Source: an uncultured Bacilli bacterium (GTDB lineage Bacteria > Bacillota_I > Bacilli_A > RF39 > UBA660). From it: a stretch of 64,000 nucleotides of DNA. Positions within the stretch are counted from its first letter, which is position 1; each line of letters opens with the position of its first letter. A program made the position numbers and the translations under genes. Under the pieces are notes generated by a model, which saw only the letters and a list, made by a program, of their open reading frames with translations, did not search any database and was not told where the DNA came from. Positions 1-10,245 of this stretch are shown piece after piece. The DNA lies in contig CANQSL010000002.1 in the NCBI GenBank assembly GCA_947626515.1, positions 14,339 through 78,338 on the forward strand, in the 5' to 3' direction.

Positions 1-171
1 ATTCATTTTTATATTTAAATTTATTAAATATGGGATATAATTTTTTAGAATATTTAATATTTATATTAAAAAGAATAGAATGTTTAATGTTTATACCAGG
101 GATTATTATTTTATATTTTAAAGTATATAAATAATTTAATAGATATGAAAAGATTTTTAAATTATTTTTAT

Positions 172-199
172 TTGACATTTTATTTAAATAAAGTATAAT
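172..199 (+). promoter_or_regulatory. sigma-A-type promoter for ORF 225..905
   Basis: TTGACA (172-177), 16-nt spacer, TATAAT (194-199). GAGG at 215-218 precedes ATG 225. Confidence 0.5.
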
Positions 200-224
200 A
201 ACTTTAAAAAAAGCGAGGTTTAAT

Positions 225-905
225 ATGAGTGAAGAAGAATTTTTTAAAGAATTATTAAATATGGGTAAAGAATTAGCTAATAATAAAATGAAAGACATAA
301 TAGGAGATGACAATCCATTAATATCTATAATAAAGGATATCACTAAAGAGATTAAAGAAAATATAGATAAAACTACAAAAACTGAGAGTGTTGAAGAAAA
401 TATTAATTATAATAATAAATCTAATTTTTATGATGTATTTGAACCATCAATAATTAATGATAGTGAATTTATTATGTCATATATTAAAAAAATAGTAGAA
501 GAAATAATTACGAGTTCTATTAAATATTCAAATAATGATATAGAACAATTAAAATATATTAAAGAAAAAATAGAAGAATTTAAAGTTGCATTATATAAAA
601 CTACTAAAACCGTTTTTTCAGATAATGTTTCCCTAAAAATAGATGAATATATACATTCTAAAATAAGCAGTTATAATAATGAAAAAAATATTTTAGAAGA
701 TATTAGAAGAATAATTGTTTTAAATGAAATAAAAGGTATTAAAGAAGGATATGACCCTATGGTTTTATTATCAAATATTAATAGTGGTATATCTGATTAT
801 ATAAATAATAATATTATTGATGAAAAAGAAAAAGAAGTTATTAAAACTTTAAAAAAGCCTTATATTTTAGCAGCACAAGAATTTATGAATAAAAAGATTA
901 AATAA
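225..905 (+). CDS. hypothetical protein, acidic/Lys-rich and helical, no recognisable motif
   Basis: 226-aa ORF with consensus promoter, SD and downstream terminator. No TM segment or catalytic motif seen. Confidence 0.6.
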   Translation: MSEEEFFKELLNMGKELANNKMKDIIGDDNPLISIIKDITKEIKENIDKTTKTESVEENINYNNKSNFYDVFEPSIINDSEFIMSYIKKIVEEIITSSIKYSNNDIEQLKYIKEKIEEFKVALYKTTKTVFSDNVSLKIDEYIHSKISSYNNEKNILEDIRRIIVLNEIKGIKEGYDPMVLLSNINSGISDYINNNIIDEKEKEVIKTLKKPYILAAQEFMNKKIK

Positions 906-911
906 GATTAT

Positions 912-939
912 AATAATAGAAATTTCTATTATTTTTTTT
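912..939 (+). terminator. intrinsic terminator
   Basis: Stem aataataga (912-920) / tctattatt (925-933), loop aatt, then a T-run to 939. Confidence 0.6.
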
Positions 940-974
940 CTTGTTATGATATTATAATAAATTAGGTGATTAGT

Positions 975-1565
975 ATGCAGGAATGTTTATTTTTAGATTT
1001 ATTAATAGGATTAAGAAAAGAATATTTATTAAATGAAATAATTTTAAATAAAATAAAAAAACAGATTGAAGATACTGATAAATTAATAAATATATATTTT
1101 AATAAAAATGTATTAGAATTTGATTATAAAAAAGGATTTTCTAAAGAAACTAAAATTTTATCATTAGAAAATCTTAATAGGTTAAATATAAATGTTTTAA
1201 ATATTAAAGAATACAATTTATTAATTAATAAACTAATGGATAGAGATTTTAATAAAAATTATTATGAATCCAAAAATTTAGTTATAAATCCTTCTCAAAT
1301 ATTATTTAATTATGGTACTGTTAATTTAAATTATATATCACATACTGATAAAATAATTATCACAAGTAATGAAAAATTAAAGTTAGAGATTTTGCAAAAA
1401 TTATTAAATCATAGAATAATGTTAAATAAATTTTATCAAGATATGTTAAATGAATATAAAAGAAAAAAAGTAATAATAGATTCTTCCATTTGGAATGAAT
1501 ATGCTGTAAAATTATGTATAGAAGAAAGTCAAGATAAGGTTATATTAAAAAAGTTAAGTAGGTGA
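975..1565 (+). CDS. hypothetical protein
   Basis: The ORF track starts at GTG 966. ATG 975 lies 6 nt after AGGTGA (964-969) and is preferred. No recognisable motif. Confidence 0.55.
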   Translation: MQECLFLDLLIGLRKEYLLNEIILNKIKKQIEDTDKLINIYFNKNVLEFDYKKGFSKETKILSLENLNRLNINVLNIKEYNLLINKLMDRDFNKNYYESKNLVINPSQILFNYGTVNLNYISHTDKIIITSNEKLKLEILQKLLNHRIMLNKFYQDMLNEYKRKKVIIDSSIWNEYAVKLCIEESQDKVILKKLSR

Positions 1566-1569
1566 TATA

Positions 1570-2832
1570 ATGAAACAAATTACTTTGCTTCCAGCTGATA
1601 TATATCAAGTTGTTAATAAAAGTATTGTAACTGAATATGATAAAAAAGTTATTATAAATTTATATCAACCTATAATAGGTCCCATGGCAGTAAGCTTATA
1701 TTTTACATTTTTAAGTGATTTAGAATTAAATGATACTTATACACATCATCATTTAATGATAGTTTTAAAAAGTGGTTTAGATTTAATAAAACTAGCTTTA
1801 AAGTCATTGGAATCAGTAGGCTTAATAAAAACTTTTGCTAAAGAAAATAATAATCAATATAATTATATTTATGAAATTTATAGTCCTATGAATCCTAATG
1901 AATTTTTAAATCATCCTATAATGAATGTTATACTTTATAATAATATTGGTGAAGCTGAATATAATAAATTAATAAAATTTTATAAAAAAAATAGTATTGA
2001 TTTAAAAGGTTATACTGATATAAGTAGTAAGTTAAATGAAACTTATATAAGTGTTAGCAAATTCGATAAAAATAATGATTCTATAGAAAGAAAAGAATTA
2101 GGAATAAATATGAAAAATAGTATTGATTTCGATATGATTATTAGTAGTATTCCTAAAAATATAATAAGTGATAGAGCCTTTAATAATAAAGTTAAAGAAT
2201 TAATAAATAATTTATCATTTGTATATGATATTGATACAATTAGAATGGTAGATTTAATTCGCTTAAGTATAGAAGATAATGGTATGATTAGTAAAGATAA
2301 ATTAATTAATAATGTAAGAAAATATTATGATTTTAATTCAAATGGAAATTTGCCAACTTTGATATATAGAACTCAACCAGAATATTTAAAGAGTACATAT
2401 AATGATTCCTCTAATAAAGGAAAAATGATATATGTATTTGAAAATACTAGTCCTTATGATTTTTTAAGAGGGAAGAATAAAGGGATAAAACCTAGCAATA
2501 GAGATTTAAAAATATTAGAGTATTTAGCAGTTGAACTGAAAATGAAACCGGCAGTAATAAATGTTTTAATAGATTATGTATTAAGAATTAATGATAATAA
2601 GCTAAACAGAACTTATATTGAAGCTATAGCGGGAGGGTGGATTAGAAGTAATATCACTACTGCAGAAGCCGCTATGGAAAGAGCAAAGAAAGAACATAGT
2701 AAAAATAATAAAAAAGTATTTAATAAATCAACAGAAAATACTCCAGTATGGTTTAATGAAATGAATGAAAAAGAAGATATTTCACAAGAAGAAAAGCAAG
2801 AATTAGAAGATTTATTAAAAGATTTTAGGTGA
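1570..2832 (+). CDS. dnaB: replication initiation and membrane attachment protein (Bacillus DnaB/DnaD family, not the helicase)
   Basis: C-terminal DnaD/DnaB-type motif YIEAIAGGWIRSNITTAEAA. It sits directly upstream of and overlaps dnaI, as in the B. subtilis dnaB-dnaI operon. Confidence 0.7.
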   Translation: MKQITLLPADIYQVVNKSIVTEYDKKVIINLYQPIIGPMAVSLYFTFLSDLELNDTYTHHHLMIVLKSGLDLIKLALKSLESVGLIKTFAKENNNQYNYIYEIYSPMNPNEFLNHPIMNVILYNNIGEAEYNKLIKFYKKNSIDLKGYTDISSKLNETYISVSKFDKNNDSIERKELGINMKNSIDFDMIISSIPKNIISDRAFNNKVKELINNLSFVYDIDTIRMVDLIRLSIEDNGMISKDKLINNVRKYYDFNSNGNLPTLIYRTQPEYLKSTYNDSSNKGKMIYVFENTSPYDFLRGKNKGIKPSNRDLKILEYLAVELKMKPAVINVLIDYVLRINDNKLNRTYIEAIAGGWIRSNITTAEAAMERAKKEHSKNNKKVFNKSTENTPVWFNEMNEKEDISQEEKQELEDLLKDFR

Positions 2833-2837
2833 TATTT

Positions 2838-3758
2838 ATGGAAAAGATGGATTGTAAAAAAGAAGGATTATATAATGCTAATTTAAATGATTTATTATAT
2901 AAAGATTATATAAAAGCCATGAAAGATGAAAAATTTAAAAAACTTGTTAATAGTTTTAAATTAGATGATAAAGTAGGGATGAAATATACAACGAAATTAG
3001 AAACTACTGTTGAAAACCTAAACAATTGTGAAAATTGTCCTGGACTTACAGCATGTAAAAATAGTGTTGTGGGATGTGTATATTATCCTAAATTAATTAA
3101 TGGAAAGTTAGAATTCAATTATGTCGCTTGTAAATATAAAAATAAAGAAATAGCTTATGAATCTATAAAACGAGCAAAGATGTTTGGACTTTCAAATGAC
3201 TTAAAAAATGCTAAAATGAGTGAAATTGATATTTCAGATAAAAAGAGAGTTAACATAATTAAATATTTAAAGAAGTTTTTCGATAAATATCCAACTTTAA
3301 AAAAAGGAATGTATTTACATGGTTCATTCGGAAGTGGAAAAACTTATTTAATTGCAGCTTTATTTAATGAATTAGCTAAAAAAAATTATAATGCTTTTGT
3401 TGTATATTATCCCGAGTTACTTTCAACTTTAAAATCTACTTTTGATAAATTTGAGGATACAACTTACAGTGATTTAATGTATGAACTTAAAAACACCGAC
3501 CTTTTATTAATTGATGATATAGGAGCAGAGACGGTTACTTCTTGGAGTAGAGATGAAGTTTTAGGAACTATTTTACAATATAGAATGGAAAATAATTTAG
3601 CAACATTTTTTACATCAAATTTAACAATTGAGGAGTTAGAATCTCATTTAAGTTTGACAAAAAATAGTATTGATAAAGTAAAATCAAGAAGAATTATAGA
3701 AAGAATTAAACAACTTACAGAGGATTATGAATTGATAAGTATAAATAGAAGAAGTTAA
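2838..3758 (+). CDS. dnaI: primosomal helicase loader DnaI
   Basis: N-terminal Cys cluster (CENCPGLTACKN...C), Walker A GSFGSGKTYL, Walker B LLLIDDIGAE. ATG 2838 follows AGGTGA. The ORF-track GTG 2829 overlaps the dnaB stop. Confidence 0.85.
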   Translation: MEKMDCKKEGLYNANLNDLLYKDYIKAMKDEKFKKLVNSFKLDDKVGMKYTTKLETTVENLNNCENCPGLTACKNSVVGCVYYPKLINGKLEFNYVACKYKNKEIAYESIKRAKMFGLSNDLKNAKMSEIDISDKKRVNIIKYLKKFFDKYPTLKKGMYLHGSFGSGKTYLIAALFNELAKKNYNAFVVYYPELLSTLKSTFDKFEDTTYSDLMYELKNTDLLLIDDIGAETVTSWSRDEVLGTILQYRMENNLATFFTSNLTIEELESHLSLTKNSIDKVKSRRIIERIKQLTEDYELISINRRS

Positions 3759-3765
3759 AAAGTAT

Positions 3766-3802
3766 AATGCTACTAAATTTATACAAAATGATACTAAATT
3801 TA
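3766..3802 (+). promoter_or_regulatory. pair of 16-nt direct repeats (candidate operator) upstream of the XRE-family gene
   Basis: aatgCtactaaattta (3766-3781) and aatgAtactaaattta (3787-3802). 15/16 identical, with a 21-bp period. Confidence 0.4.
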
Positions 3803-3804
3803 GG

Positions 3805-3834
3805 TTGTGCTACCGATAATTAATAGCATATAAT
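3805..3834 (+). promoter_or_regulatory. putative promoter of the XRE-family gene
   Basis: TTGTGC (3805-3810), 18-nt spacer, TATAAT (3829-3834). Confidence 0.4.
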
Positions 3835-3854
3835 TCTCATTAGAGGTGAGAAAA

Positions 3855-5249
3855 ATGAAGTTTAAAGACAAACTTGTAAAATTAAGAAAAGCCAATAATT
3901 TAAGTCAAGAAACTTTGGCAGAAAAGTTAAATATGTCCAGACAGGCTATTTCTAAGTGGGAAAGTGGAAATAGTTATCCAGATATGAGTACAATGATTAA
4001 TATATGTAAAGTTCTAAATTGTACATTAGAAGATTTATTAGATGACGATGCTATAGGAAATAATAATTTAAATTCTAATAAAAAAAATCCTGCAAAATGG
4101 TTAAAAGATTTTTTGGATTTTATAACTAAAACTTATAATATGTTTTGGTCAATGAATCTTAAACAAAAATTATCATGTATCATAGAAATGATTTTAATTA
4201 TTTTATTTTTAATTGCTGGTTTTGCTGTTATTCATGAAATATTTGAATCAATATTAATAAAGTTATTTAGTGAAATAAATAATAATATAATTTATAAATT
4301 ATATGCTTTTTTGAATTTTATTTATAGTATTATTTCTATTGCTTTAGGACTAATAATATTTATACATTTATTTAAAATAAGATATTTAGATTACTTTATA
4401 ACTATTACTGATAATACAATTGATAAAAGAGAAATAGAAGAAGATATAGAAAAAAATAAACAAAAATATATTGAGAAAATAACTAAAGAGAAGATTGTAA
4501 TTAGAGATCCAAAACATACTCCTTATTCATTTTTTATGCTTTTATCAAAAATAATTGTATTTTGTGTAAAAACTTTTAGTGCTTTTATTCTTATTTTTTC
4601 AATAATTAGTTTTGTATTTTTGATTTTTACTTCAACTGTTTTATTTATATTTTTAAAATATGGATTATTATTTTTTGGTATACTAATTTCTTTTATTGGA
4701 TTAGTAATAGTAAATTATAACATAATAGAGTTATTGTTTAAATTTATATTTAATAGGGTCATTAAATTTAGAAGAATATTTATAACCTTTATAATAGCTT
4801 TGGTTTTAGTTGGAGTCGGAAGTGGCATTTCTGTTAGCAAGATTATGACTTTAAAAAAGCAAAATAATTCTTTAAATTATGATTCTAAAACTTTTACTAT
4901 AAAGGTAGAAGATAATTTAAAAGTTCTTGATATATGGAATACTAATAATATTATATTTGATGATGAAGAAGAAAATATTATTGTAAAAATAAAACATTTA
5001 CCTTATGTCGATGTTGATTTAAAAGATAGCTATGAAATAAGTACTCTTGATAATGGAGAATATCATTATATAAATTACATGTATATACGAATTGATATAG
5101 ATTATATTAAAATGATTAATGTATTATTAAATGATTTAAAAAAATCTACTTATAGAGATTATGATAATCAATATTATTTTATAGAATCTATTACTATATC
5201 TAGAGAAAATTATAATAAAATGATTAAAACAATAGATAGTTTTGAATAA
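3855..5249 (+). CDS. membrane-anchored XRE-family helix-turn-helix protein
   Basis: N-terminal HTH LSQETLAEKLNMSRQAISKWESGNSYP, followed by several hydrophobic segments and a C-terminal soluble domain. ATG 3855 lies 5 nt after GAGGTGA. Confidence 0.75.
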   Translation: MKFKDKLVKLRKANNLSQETLAEKLNMSRQAISKWESGNSYPDMSTMINICKVLNCTLEDLLDDDAIGNNNLNSNKKNPAKWLKDFLDFITKTYNMFWSMNLKQKLSCIIEMILIILFLIAGFAVIHEIFESILIKLFSEINNNIIYKLYAFLNFIYSIISIALGLIIFIHLFKIRYLDYFITITDNTIDKREIEEDIEKNKQKYIEKITKEKIVIRDPKHTPYSFFMLLSKIIVFCVKTFSAFILIFSIISFVFLIFTSTVLFIFLKYGLLFFGILISFIGLVIVNYNIIELLFKFIFNRVIKFRRIFITFIIALVLVGVGSGISVSKIMTLKKQNNSLNYDSKTFTIKVEDNLKVLDIWNTNNIIFDDEEENIIVKIKHLPYVDVDLKDSYEISTLDNGEYHYINYMYIRIDIDYIKMINVLLNDLKKSTYRDYDNQYYFIESITISRENYNKMIKTIDSFE

Positions 5250-5261
5250 AAATATATTAAA

Positions 5262-5290
5262 AATGTGTATTAAAAAATATACATTTTTTT
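5262..5290 (+). terminator. intrinsic terminator
   Basis: Stem aatgtgtat (5262-5270) / atatacatt (5277-5285) with one G.U pair, loop taaaaa, T-run to 5290. Confidence 0.6.
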
Positions 5291-5322
5291 AATTTTTGTT
5301 ATAATATTTAATGAGGTTTATT

Positions 5323-7848
5323 ATGAAGAGAAATGAAGTAAACTATGAAGATTTATCTCCTATGATGCAACAATATTTAGATATAAAAAAAGATTATGAA
5401 GATGTGTTGCTTTTTTATCGTATAGGTGACTTTTATGAGTTATTTTTTGAAGATGGAGAAATAGCGAGTAGAGAATTAGAATTAACTTTAACAGGAAAAA
5501 ATGCTGGTTTAAAAGAAAGAGTCCCAATGTGTGGAGTTCCACATCATTCTGTAAAATCTTATATTGAAAAATTGGTTAATAAGTCTTATAAAGTTGCAAT
5601 AGTAGAGCAATTAGAAGATCCTGCTAAAACAAAAGGGATGGTTAAAAGAGGCGTAGTACAAGTATTTAGTAAAGGAACTTTGGTAGACTTAGAATATTTA
5701 GATAGTAAAGAGTCTAACTATATTGGAAGTATTTTAGATAATAATTATGAATTTATAATTACATATGCAGATATTTCTACGGGAAATTTATATAGTGAAA
5801 AAATATTAAAAGATAAAGATAAATTAATAAATGAAATTCTAAATTTAAATTTAAAAGAAATATTAATAAAAAGTGATTTTGATTTAGAAATTTTAAACAT
5901 ATTAAAAAATACATATGACATTAACATAACGATATCTGATAAGTTATTAGAAGATAAATATGAAAGTTGTTATAAAAAAGTAAATGATGAAAAAGTAATA
6001 GAAGGTATTAAACATTTATTTTATTATTTATCAGTAACTGAGTTAAACGAACTAGATCATATGATGGAAGTAGAAATAATAATAAAAGATAATTATTTGA
6101 ATATGGATATACATACAATAAGAAATCTTGAATTATTTGAAACTTTGAGATTAAAAGATAGACAGTATTCTTTAATATGGTTATTAGATAAAACGAAAAC
6201 TGCTATGGGATCAAGAACTTTAAAAAATATGTTACAACATCCATTAAAGGATAAGAAATTAATTGATGAAAGATTGGATATTATAGAAAAATTAAATAAT
6301 GAATTTATGTTGAGAGAACAACTTAGAAATGATTTATATGAAGTTTATGATTTAGAAAGATTATGTGGAAAAGTAATATGTGGTAGTTTAAATGCTAGAG
6401 ATATGTTACAAATAAAAAAATCTTTTAAAGTTTTGCCAAATATTGTAGAAATAATTAATAAATTAGGTTTAAATTACAAGTTGTCTACTCATGAAGATTT
6501 ATATAATTTGCTTGAAGATAGTATTTTTGAAGACCCTCCAATTACAATTAAAGAGGGAAATATAATAAAAATGGGATATAATAGTGAGTTAGATGAATTA
6601 AAGACTTTGCGCAGTGGTGGAAAAGAATTTATAAGTAGCTTAGAAATGACAGAAAGAGAAAAAACTGGTATAAATAATTTGAAAGTTGGATTTAATAAAG
6701 TATTTGGATATTATATAGAAGTATCAAAAGGTCAACTTGATAAAATAAAAGATGAATATGGTTGGGAGAGAAGACAAACCTTAACTAATGCTGAAAGGTT
6801 CATAACTCCACTTTTAAAAGAAAAAGAAGCATTGGTATTAAATGCTGAAGAAAAAATAATAGAGTTAGAATATAATTTATTTATTGAAATAAAAAATAAT
6901 ATAAAGAAATCGATTTCAGAAATAAAACGTACAGCTTACATATTAAGTTTGTTGGATGCTTATACATCACTATCTATAGTTAGTGAAGAATATAATTTAG
7001 TTAGACCAAATTTAATAGATGAAAGAGTAATTGACATAAAAGATGGTTTCCATCCAGTGGTAGAAAGTGTAAGTAATATAGAGTATGTAAAAAATGATAT
7101 TTATATGCCAAACAATGTAAATACTCTTTTAATTACTGGACCTAATATGAGTGGTAAAAGTACTTATATGCGACAGCTTGCTATAACAATTATTTTAGCT
7201 CAAATAGGATCTTTTGTACCAGCTAGCAGTGCAACCCTTCCAATATTTGATTCGATTTTCACGCGAATTGGTGCAAGCGATGATTTGGTTGGTGGAGAAT
7301 CTACTTTTATGGTAGAAATGTTAGAGGCTAAAAATGCAATAACAAATGCTACGCAAAACAGTTTAATTTTATTTGATGAGTTAGGAAGAGGTACTGCAAC
7401 TTATGACGGTTTAAGTATTGCACAGTCTATATTAGAATATGTAAATTCTAATATAAAGTGTAAAACATTATTTTCAACACATTATCACGAACTTACTGCA
7501 CTTGAAAATAATAATGGAATAAAAAATGTACATGTAGAAGCGACAGAAAAAGATGGAGTAATAACTTTTTTACACAAAGTAAAAGATGGTGCAGTCGATA
7601 AAAGTTATGGTATTCATGTTGCAAGTCTTGCTAATATGCCAGAAAGCGTAATATTAAGAGCAAAAGAAATATTAAACGTTTATGAAAATAATAAAAAAGA
7701 AGTTCCAAAAAAGACCGAACAAATTAAATTTGAGTTTGCCACTGAAGACAAGCTTTCAAAAGAATTAGATAAAATAAATATATTGAATATTACTCCAATT
7801 GAAGCGATAAATATATTATATAAACTGAAAGAATTAAATAAAAAATAG
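5323..7848 (+). CDS. mutS: DNA mismatch repair protein MutS
   Basis: N-terminal SPMMQQYLDIKKDY...FYRIGDFYELFFEDG, Walker A GPNMSGKSTYMRQ, STFMVEM, LFDELGRGT. ATG 5323 follows GAGG. Confidence 0.95.
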   Translation: MKRNEVNYEDLSPMMQQYLDIKKDYEDVLLFYRIGDFYELFFEDGEIASRELELTLTGKNAGLKERVPMCGVPHHSVKSYIEKLVNKSYKVAIVEQLEDPAKTKGMVKRGVVQVFSKGTLVDLEYLDSKESNYIGSILDNNYEFIITYADISTGNLYSEKILKDKDKLINEILNLNLKEILIKSDFDLEILNILKNTYDINITISDKLLEDKYESCYKKVNDEKVIEGIKHLFYYLSVTELNELDHMMEVEIIIKDNYLNMDIHTIRNLELFETLRLKDRQYSLIWLLDKTKTAMGSRTLKNMLQHPLKDKKLIDERLDIIEKLNNEFMLREQLRNDLYEVYDLERLCGKVICGSLNARDMLQIKKSFKVLPNIVEIINKLGLNYKLSTHEDLYNLLEDSIFEDPPITIKEGNIIKMGYNSELDELKTLRSGGKEFISSLEMTEREKTGINNLKVGFNKVFGYYIEVSKGQLDKIKDEYGWERRQTLTNAERFITPLLKEKEALVLNAEEKIIELEYNLFIEIKNNIKKSISEIKRTAYILSLLDAYTSLSIVSEEYNLVRPNLIDERVIDIKDGFHPVVESVSNIEYVKNDIYMPNNVNTLLITGPNMSGKSTYMRQLAITIILAQIGSFVPASSATLPIFDSIFTRIGASDDLVGGESTFMVEMLEAKNAITNATQNSLILFDELGRGTATYDGLSIAQSILEYVNSNIKCKTLFSTHYHELTALENNNGIKNVHVEATEKDGVITFLHKVKDGAVDKSYGIHVASLANMPESVILRAKEILNVYENNKKEVPKKTEQIKFEFATEDKLSKELDKINILNITPIEAINILYKLKELNKK

Positions 7849-7871
7849 CATATATTATTTATATGCTTTTT
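7847..7871 (+). terminator. intrinsic terminator overlapping the mutS stop
   Basis: Stem agcatat (7847-7853) / atatgct (7861-7867) followed by a T-run. Confidence 0.55.
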
Positions 7872-7910
7872 ATTATCATAAATTAATGCTATAATTAATA
7901 TAGGTGTAGT

Positions 7911-8279
7911 ATGAAAAATAAAACAAAAAAAATATTAACAAGTTTTAAATATGCTATAGAAGGCATAATTAGTTCTTTTAAAAGCGAAAAAAATATGAAA
8001 ATACATGTAATGATGGTTTTGCTAGTTACGTTGTCAGGCTTTTTGCTAAAAATAAGTAAATTTGAATGGTTTATATGTATTATTTTATTTGGATTAGTTA
8101 TAAGTGCTGAACTATTTAATACGGCAATTGAAACAGTAGTAGATATGGTGTGCCCAAATAAAAATGAAAAAGCAAAATTAGCGAAAGATGTATCTGCGGG
8201 AGCTGTTTTAATAGTTGCAATATCGGCTGCAATAATAGGATGTATTATTTTTATACCTAAAATTATTAATATTTTCTAA
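7911..8279 (+). CDS. dgkA: DgkA-family lipid kinase (diacylglycerol / undecaprenol kinase)
   Basis: 122 aa with three TM segments and the family motif ELFNTAIETVVD. Confidence 0.85.
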   Translation: MKNKTKKILTSFKYAIEGIISSFKSEKNMKIHVMMVLLVTLSGFLLKISKFEWFICIILFGLVISAELFNTAIETVVDMVCPNKNEKAKLAKDVSAGAVLIVAISAAIIGCIIFIPKIINIF

Positions 8280-8289
8280 GGAGTATGCT

Positions 8290-10236
8290 ATGAAAAAAAG
8301 ACATATTAATATTTTTTTTATATATTTTATTTTCTTTTTATTTGAAGAATTAGTATTTAGAATATTTTGTGCAGATAATTTTTTTTCATTTTCTTTAGTA
8401 AGTATTTTATTAAACATAATTTTTTTATCTTCTTTTTGGACATTGATAACTTATATGTTAAGAAAATGTAAAATAAATTTTATACACTATATAATTATCG
8501 AATTATATACATTTTTATTTTTAATAGAGGTTTTATATAAAAAAATATTAGGTGTATTTTTTACTTTTAAAGTATTGGGAATGTCTAATAATTTGATTTC
8601 TTTTATAGGTGATGTAATAAAAAAAATATTGACTAATTCAGTATTTATAATAATTATATTAATACCGATTATATTAATTTTATTTTATAGGAAAAAAATT
8701 AACATTAAAATTAATAATATATTTATAGTTATACTATCTATGATTATAAGTTTTTCTTTTTATAAGATATCTTTCTTAATAGATAAAAATAGAGATAATT
8801 CTATCTATTCTTTATATTACAAAATAGATAATATGTCATTATATAAAGAAAAAATGGGAGTACTTTCATCATTAGAACTAGAAATAAAAAGAGGAATTTT
8901 TGGTTTTGAAAATCAAATTAATAAAAGCATTGACAAAGAAACTACTTCACCAGAAGAAATAGAGGTTCCTAAAAAAGTTTTATATAATAATTTAGATATT
9001 GATTTTAGTTATTTTGCAACAAATGAAACAGATAGTACTTTAAAAAAGATGCATAATTATTTTAAAGATGAAGAGGGTACGAAACAAAATGATTATACAG
9101 GAATATATAAGGGAAAAAATTTAATATTATTTATGGCAGAAAGCTTTAATTCGATTGCAGTTGATAAGACTTTGACACCTACACTTTATAAATTAACTAA
9201 TTCAGGTTTTGTTTTTGAAAATTTTTATTCACCAGTTATATTGAGTACGATTGGAGGGGAATTTCAAGAACTGACTGGATTGTATCCAGATTTATCATTA
9301 CTCTCTAGAGTTTGGAGAAAAGGAAATAATAATTATCAATTTGGATATGCAAATATATTTAAAAATATGGGATATGATACATATGCATATCATGATAGTT
9401 CGTATACTTTTCAAGACAGAGATAAATATTTAAAGTCTATTGGATTTGATAATTATACTGGATGCTATAATGGATTAGAAACAAGAATTAATTGTAATTT
9501 ATGGCCTGCAAGCGATTTAGAAATGATTGAAGCTACATTTGATGATTATGCTAATAATGAAAATCCATTTTTAGTTTATTATGTTACAGTAAGTGGTCAT
9601 ATGGGATATACTTGGAATACTAATCAAATGGCAAATAAAAATAGAGATTATGTTGATTCATTAGAAATAAGCTTAAAACCTAAAGCATATTTAGCAGCTC
9701 AAATTGAATTAGATCGAGCTTTAGAATTATTAATTAAGAAATTAGAAGAAAAAGATTTATTAGATGATACAGTCATTGCTTTGGTAGGTGATCATTATCC
9801 ATATGATTTAAGTATTAATGAAATAAATGAGATTTCTACTTATGAAAGAGATAAGACTTTTGAAATAAATAGAAGCAATTTTATACTTTGGAATAATAAA
9901 CAAGAAACTGTAAAAGTTGATAAAATAGGTAGTCAAATAGATGTACTTCCAACTATATTAAATGTATTTGGTGCAAATTATGATTCTAGAATGATTATTG
10001 GAAATGATATATTGAGTGATTCTGAAGGACTTGCTATTTTTGATAATTTTAGTTGGATAAGTGATTATGGAAGATATAATAGTGCAACTAATAAATTTAC
10101 TAAAAAAAGTGATGATATAGTAATAGATGATGATTATATAAGTAAAATGAATAATAAAGTATATAACAAGGTAAATATGAGTAAGCTACTACTGGAAAAT
10201 AATTATTATTCTAAAATGTTAGAAAAAATAAAATAA
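8290..10236 (+). CDS. LTA-synthase-family sulfatase-domain membrane protein (LtaS-like)
   Basis: N-terminal multi-TM region followed by an extracellular sulfatase fold: LILFMAESF, STIGGEFQELTG (Thr nucleophile context), GDHYPY. Confidence 0.85.
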   Translation: MKKRHINIFFIYFIFFLFEELVFRIFCADNFFSFSLVSILLNIIFLSSFWTLITYMLRKCKINFIHYIIIELYTFLFLIEVLYKKILGVFFTFKVLGMSNNLISFIGDVIKKILTNSVFIIIILIPIILILFYRKKINIKINNIFIVILSMIISFSFYKISFLIDKNRDNSIYSLYYKIDNMSLYKEKMGVLSSLELEIKRGIFGFENQINKSIDKETTSPEEIEVPKKVLYNNLDIDFSYFATNETDSTLKKMHNYFKDEEGTKQNDYTGIYKGKNLILFMAESFNSIAVDKTLTPTLYKLTNSGFVFENFYSPVILSTIGGEFQELTGLYPDLSLLSRVWRKGNNNYQFGYANIFKNMGYDTYAYHDSSYTFQDRDKYLKSIGFDNYTGCYNGLETRINCNLWPASDLEMIEATFDDYANNENPFLVYYVTVSGHMGYTWNTNQMANKNRDYVDSLEISLKPKAYLAAQIELDRALELLIKKLEEKDLLDDTVIALVGDHYPYDLSINEINEISTYERDKTFEINRSNFILWNNKQETVKVDKIGSQIDVLPTILNVFGANYDSRMIIGNDILSDSEGLAIFDNFSWISDYGRYNSATNKFTKKSDDIVIDDDYISKMNNKVYNKVNMSKLLLENNYYSKMLEKIK

Positions 10237-10245
10237 GGAGTTTTT

